From positions 8,495-72,494 of the forward strand of contig CAITSA010000028.1 in the NCBI GenBank assembly GCA_903894955.1: a stretch of 64,000 bases of DNA, read 5' to 3'. The position numbers were made by a program, and so were the translations under genes. Below, piece by piece: positions 60,340 to 64,000 of the stretch. Under the pieces are notes generated by a model. The model saw only the letters and a list, made by a program, of their open reading frames with translations. It was not told the origin of the DNA and did no database searches. Every line of letters starts with the position of its first letter. The stretch's first letter is position 1. The stretch is from an uncultured bacterium (lineage in GTDB: Bacteria; Patescibacteriota; Minisyncoccia; Phycocordibacterales; UBA9973).

Positions 60340-60730
60340 TTTTACGCGAATTGTTAATAAAATTAAATTTTCTACCTAATATCTAATCAGAGGACAATAA
60401 CAAAGATATCTCTATATTATGATAAGAAATAAAAAACTTTATAAATTATTTTTAATGTTTGTTAAAACCTTCCCCAGACAAGATAATAATATCTAATGTG
60501 ACTAAACTGTGATATCCCCTTTCCATCGTGCCTGAAGTGCATATCTTTATTTGACTATGTCCATGTTTATTATTCAAAAAATCTAAATCCGTGTTTTTAT
60601 TGTAGCATACAAAAAATATATTACAAAAAAAATTGAAAGAAAATTTCCTTAAATACGAACTTTTTTATAGATTTTTAAGCCTCATTAAAACATGGAGCAA
60701 AAAACACTGACACGTTTTTTAATTTATTGC

Positions 60731-60881
60731 TCAGAAAAAGTAAACCAAAAAAAATGCCAATTCAATTTTTTTAAAATTAGGAAATGTTGGAATCATAAAA
60801 TTTAGAAACAAGATAGCCATCGGCTATATTTACTATTGCCCACAAAAACGGAGCGACTAAAGCTATAAAAAACCATTGCAT
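60731..60881 (-). pseudogene. Fused 5' remnants of EamA-like and DUF2156-like paralogues
   Basis: MQWFFIALVAPFLWAIVNIAD from 60881 and MIPTFPNFKKIELA from 60796 resemble the N-termini of the 58750 and 59670 genes. Confidence 0.65.
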
Positions 60882-61002
60882 AAAATAAAGTATAACATAC
60901 CTATTAAATTCATGAATATTATCATGTCCGCCATATGTATGTATGTGCACATTCCCCGGGAAACTTGTAAATTTATTAATAATGTGGCATAATGCACCAA
61001 TT

Positions 61003-62046
61003 ATGAATAATTCATTAAGCTATAAGCTTAAATGCATAAATGAAGACTTCCAGGTAACAGAAGTGTCTTTAATGCCATCTTTTGTTTTAAAAGGTCCACG
61101 TAAATTTACTTATATTTGGCTTCAAAAATCAGGATTTACAACATTTGAAGTTTTGGAACAAATTAAGGATTTTTTTGAACTTTCGTTTGAGGACGTTTGC
61201 TGTCAGGGATTAAAAGATGAAGAAGCAATTACAGAACAACTCATTTCCGTAAAAAAAATTTTAAATGAAAAAAAGATAAAGGCATTTAATAAAAAGAGCA
61301 CTTTTAAAAACAAATTCTCAAAAATAAAATACATAATGGGTTATGGTGAAAAGCCTTTGAAGGAAAGAGCTCTTCACGGTAATGCCTTTAAGATTGTGGT
61401 AAGAAATATCAATTCTGCATTAGCTGATAATCTTTTAAACTATATCAATAATCATAAACAACTCTACTTTATTAATTACTACGACAATCAGCGATTTGGA
61501 ATGCCTGGTGGTCCATATAATACTCATTTGATTGGTAAGGCCATAGTAAAAAATAATTGGAAGCAAGCATATGAACAGTTAAAAATCACTAACAACATAA
61601 CTCAAAATGTTAAATTAAAAACCAAAAATATTACTGATTATAAAAAAGTATTTAAATCCATTAATCCCCAAAAGGTTTCGTTCTTTGTCTCTGCTTATAA
61701 TAGTTTTTTATGGAATGCTCAAGCTTCTTTGGTGGTTAAAAAATGTACCCAAAGTAAAAATTATTTATTTGAAAATGTTGGGCAATTACATTTACCAACT
61801 GATTATCTCTTTCAATGTCCTTACATTTATGAAGCTGGAGGACATGAACTCATTACAGAAAACTTTTCAGTTCAATCAAAAGCAAATAAGAGAAATCTTT
61901 TAGTTGCCACTAATGTGTATGCTCACGATTTAGAACCAGATGAACTTCATAAAAATAAAAAGAAAATAACCCTTTCGTTTTATTTACCGACTGGAAGTTA
62001 TGCTACAATGATTGTTAAGCAATTATTTTTAAAATTAAAAATATAG
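61003..62046 (+). CDS. TruD-family pseudouridine synthase-like protein
   Basis: EDFQVTE, KSGFTT, GLKD catalytic Asp, GNAFKI, NYYDNQRFG, LPTGSYAT. Confidence 0.85.
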   Translation: MNNSLSYKLKCINEDFQVTEVSLMPSFVLKGPRKFTYIWLQKSGFTTFEVLEQIKDFFELSFEDVCCQGLKDEEAITEQLISVKKILNEKKIKAFNKKSTFKNKFSKIKYIMGYGEKPLKERALHGNAFKIVVRNINSALADNLLNYINNHKQLYFINYYDNQRFGMPGGPYNTHLIGKAIVKNNWKQAYEQLKITNNITQNVKLKTKNITDYKKVFKSINPQKVSFFVSAYNSFLWNAQASLVVKKCTQSKNYLFENVGQLHLPTDYLFQCPYIYEAGGHELITENFSVQSKANKRNLLVATNVYAHDLEPDELHKNKKKITLSFYLPTGSYATMIVKQLFLKLKI

Positions 62047-62049
62047 AAA

Positions 62050-62670
62050 TTGATGGATAAAAATATAGAAATTGAAATACGTGGCCCTTTATCAAAAAAA
62101 GAATTTGATAATTTGGTGAAATTTTTCGAAAAAAAAGGAACAAAAACTTCAGAAAAAGATAGAGTTTTAATTGACTACTCTACTTTTCTAGAAGGTGGAG
62201 TTGAAAAAAGAAAGAAAGATATACGGCTAAGAGTCACTAATGGTATTCCTGAAATTATTGTTAAGGTTGGTGAATGGGGAGGAACTGAACAGCGAAAAGA
62301 ACTTTCTGCTTTTACTAAACCAGGTGAATTTGATACTCTAGTTGAAATTTTTGGTGAACTTGGATTTGTTAAAGGAATGTTATGTGTAAGAAAAAGTAAA
62401 GTCTATGAATATAAAAAAGTTGAATTTGCATTAGTAGAAGTACCTGGACATAGTTATTATTATGAAGCGGAAAAAATGGCAAACAATAAAGAAAATGGTG
62501 GTGAATTAATTAAAGAAATTGAAAATGTTTGCAAGGAGCTTAAGCTTAATATTTTTAATAAGAAACAATTTTTTGAATACATAGATAAACTAAATAAAGA
62601 AACTAACGAAATTTTTGATTATAAAAATTACACTCCTAATTATTTTAAAAATAGATTTAACCTAAAGTAG
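62050..62670 (+). CDS. CYTH-domain (triphosphate tunnel) protein
   Basis: N-terminal IEIEIR, IRLR, R..Y, YYEAE motifs. Confidence 0.75.
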   Translation: MMDKNIEIEIRGPLSKKEFDNLVKFFEKKGTKTSEKDRVLIDYSTFLEGGVEKRKKDIRLRVTNGIPEIIVKVGEWGGTEQRKELSAFTKPGEFDTLVEIFGELGFVKGMLCVRKSKVYEYKKVEFALVEVPGHSYYYEAEKMANNKENGGELIKEIENVCKELKLNIFNKKQFFEYIDKLNKETNEIFDYKNYTPNYFKNRFNLK

Positions 62671-62671
62671 A

Positions 62672-62704
62672 AACAGGCGACTGGGTTAACCCCGGTCGCC
62701 TGTT
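62672..62704. terminator. Hairpin/terminator between convergent genes
   Basis: AACAGGCGACTGGG-TTAAC-CCCGGTCGCCTGTT. Confidence 0.75.
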
Positions 62705-62729
62705 GTGGTGATGATGTGTTGTAAAACCA

Positions 62730-62975
62730 TCAGCCATGATGACCTCGCACGAAGACTTTCCCTCGGATAATCTTGTGTGCTGGTCGATTATGAATAATGG
62801 CGTGTCTAGCGAACTCCTGCCCGCAATGAGGACACTTGAGGTCGCCCTTAGTGAAATCTTCCGATATCATATCAACGTAACACTTTATGAGCATACCTCC
62901 GCCTTCCTTTTTGTAGCGGTAAAGCATGGTTTGGCACTTGGCACAGTGCACTGCGATTGTATATGTTTTTCCCAT
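62730..62975 (-). CDS. Small zinc-ribbon protein
   Basis: CAKC and CPHC pairs; AGGAGG RBS. Confidence 0.75.
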   Translation of the reverse strand: MGKTYTIAVHCAKCQTMLYRYKKEGGGMLIKCYVDMISEDFTKGDLKCPHCGQEFARHAIIHNRPAHKIIRGKVFVRGHHG

Positions 62976-62984
62976 AAAAACCTC

Positions 62985-64000
62985 CTAGAATGACGCCTTA
63001 ATGGCATTGAATTTTGGAGGACATACTCCAACACAGGCGTTGCACGAAATGCAGTTGTTGCTGATGACCGCCAATGCGTTCTTGTCCACACGGCGAACCA
63101 TTGAAAGAGCATTAAATGCACAGGATTGAATACAAATTCCGCAACCTGCACATCTCTCTTCAATCACAACTGGACGAGGCGAAGAAAACTGGTGTTCATC
63201 CATTTTCTTGAACGTGAGTCCAATGAGATCGTTGATTGAATCATATTTTGGATTCTCAACAAAAAATCTCTGCAAACCAGCCGTAATTTTTCGAAAAACT
63301 GTCGGGCCCTTAAGCGCAGGTGCAGTATAAAGTTGAACTGCACTTGCCCCCGCCATCAGCATCTGAATTACATTATCGGCAGTGAAAATTCCACCACAAC
63401 CGACAACTGGGATTCTAAGTGTCTCGGAAAGTTGATGTACGCACCACAGAGCGATAGGGAAAATTGCTTTTCCTGTCACTCCACCACCACCACCCTTGAT
63501 TCCAAGTTTCGGTTTGGTAGTTTTAGTATCGATCAACATTCCTGGACCGATGCTATTTGTACAGACGACTACATCAGCTCCTAGCTCTTCCGCTTGCTTA
63601 GCCATCGGGATCAGCAGATTCGAATACGACAGCTTGATCCAGATCGGTGTTTTTGTCACACCACGCACTCTTTTCATCAATTGTTCTAGATGAAGTAAGT
63701 CAACATTCAAGTTTCCATGTAGTGCTCCAGAATGCGAACACGAGATGTTAATTTCAAAAGCGTCAACACTCATCTCGTCAAAGACTTGAAAAAGATAACA
63801 ACAGCTATCTAAGTCACGACCTGAAAGCGAGATAATGATTGGGCAGCCAGTCTCTTTGACCTGACGTATGCCGTGATCTTGCCAATCCGTCCACGGTTTT
63901 TCGTTTCCCCATTCGCAGTTGAGCATACTGTCTGTATCGAAAATTGCATAGCGTGGAGACGTAATCCTTGAACGTTCTGGTGGAACATGTTGCTTGAGTG
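62985..64000 (-). CDS. Dihydroorotate/dihydropyrimidine dehydrogenase (PreA-like) with C-terminal 2x[4Fe-4S]; 5' end outside the window
   Basis: EINISC, IKLS, TNS, GCGGI, AGASAVQ, two CxxCxxCxxxC motifs; frame stays open to the window edge. Confidence 0.85.
   Translation of the reverse strand, partial: LKQHVPPERSRITSPRYAIFDTDSMLNCEWGNEKPWTDWQDHGIRQVKETGCPIIISLSGRDLDSCCYLFQVFDEMSVDAFEINISCSHSGALHGNLNVDLLHLEQLMKRVRGVTKTPIWIKLSYSNLLIPMAKQAEELGADVVVCTNSIGPGMLIDTKTTKPKLGIKGGGGGVTGKAIFPIALWCVHQLSETLRIPVVGCGGIFTADNVIQMLMAGASAVQLYTAPALKGPTVFRKITAGLQRFFVENPKYDSINDLIGLTFKKMDEHQFSSPRPVVIEERCAGCGICIQSCAFNALSMVRRVDKNALAVISNNCISCNACVGVCPPKFNAIKASF

Overview
Low-GC bacterial chromosomal window in genetic code 11. 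Gene content, short intergenic spaces and pervasive leaderless-type promoters suggest a Patescibacteria/CPR (Parcubacteria-like) genome; this assignment is inference. Housekeeping genes include pyrG, ftsEX, prfB, gatCA, htpX/lemA, secDF, folD, rodA, ligA and recG. There is also a type IV pilus/competence locus (pilM-N-O, pilB, pilT, pilC, six pilins, pilD, comF) and a B12-dependent RNR module (S-component, nrdJ, pduO). Seven tRNA genes include a group-I-intron-split initiator tRNA beside a free-standing LAGLIDADG-like gene and an unusual tRNA-Ser(ACT). The right end carries an accessory island (7TM kinase, EamA, DUF2156, SpeD-like, TruD-like, CYTH, PreA-like). The most striking unexplained structure is a set of small palindromic/MITE-like elements at apparently tolerant sites: prepilin leader peptides just before the cleavage Gly, extended -10 boxes, start codons, a tRNA D-loop, and in-frame (sometimes nested) positions in essential enzymes. 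All calls come from reading sequence and motifs; no searches were run.
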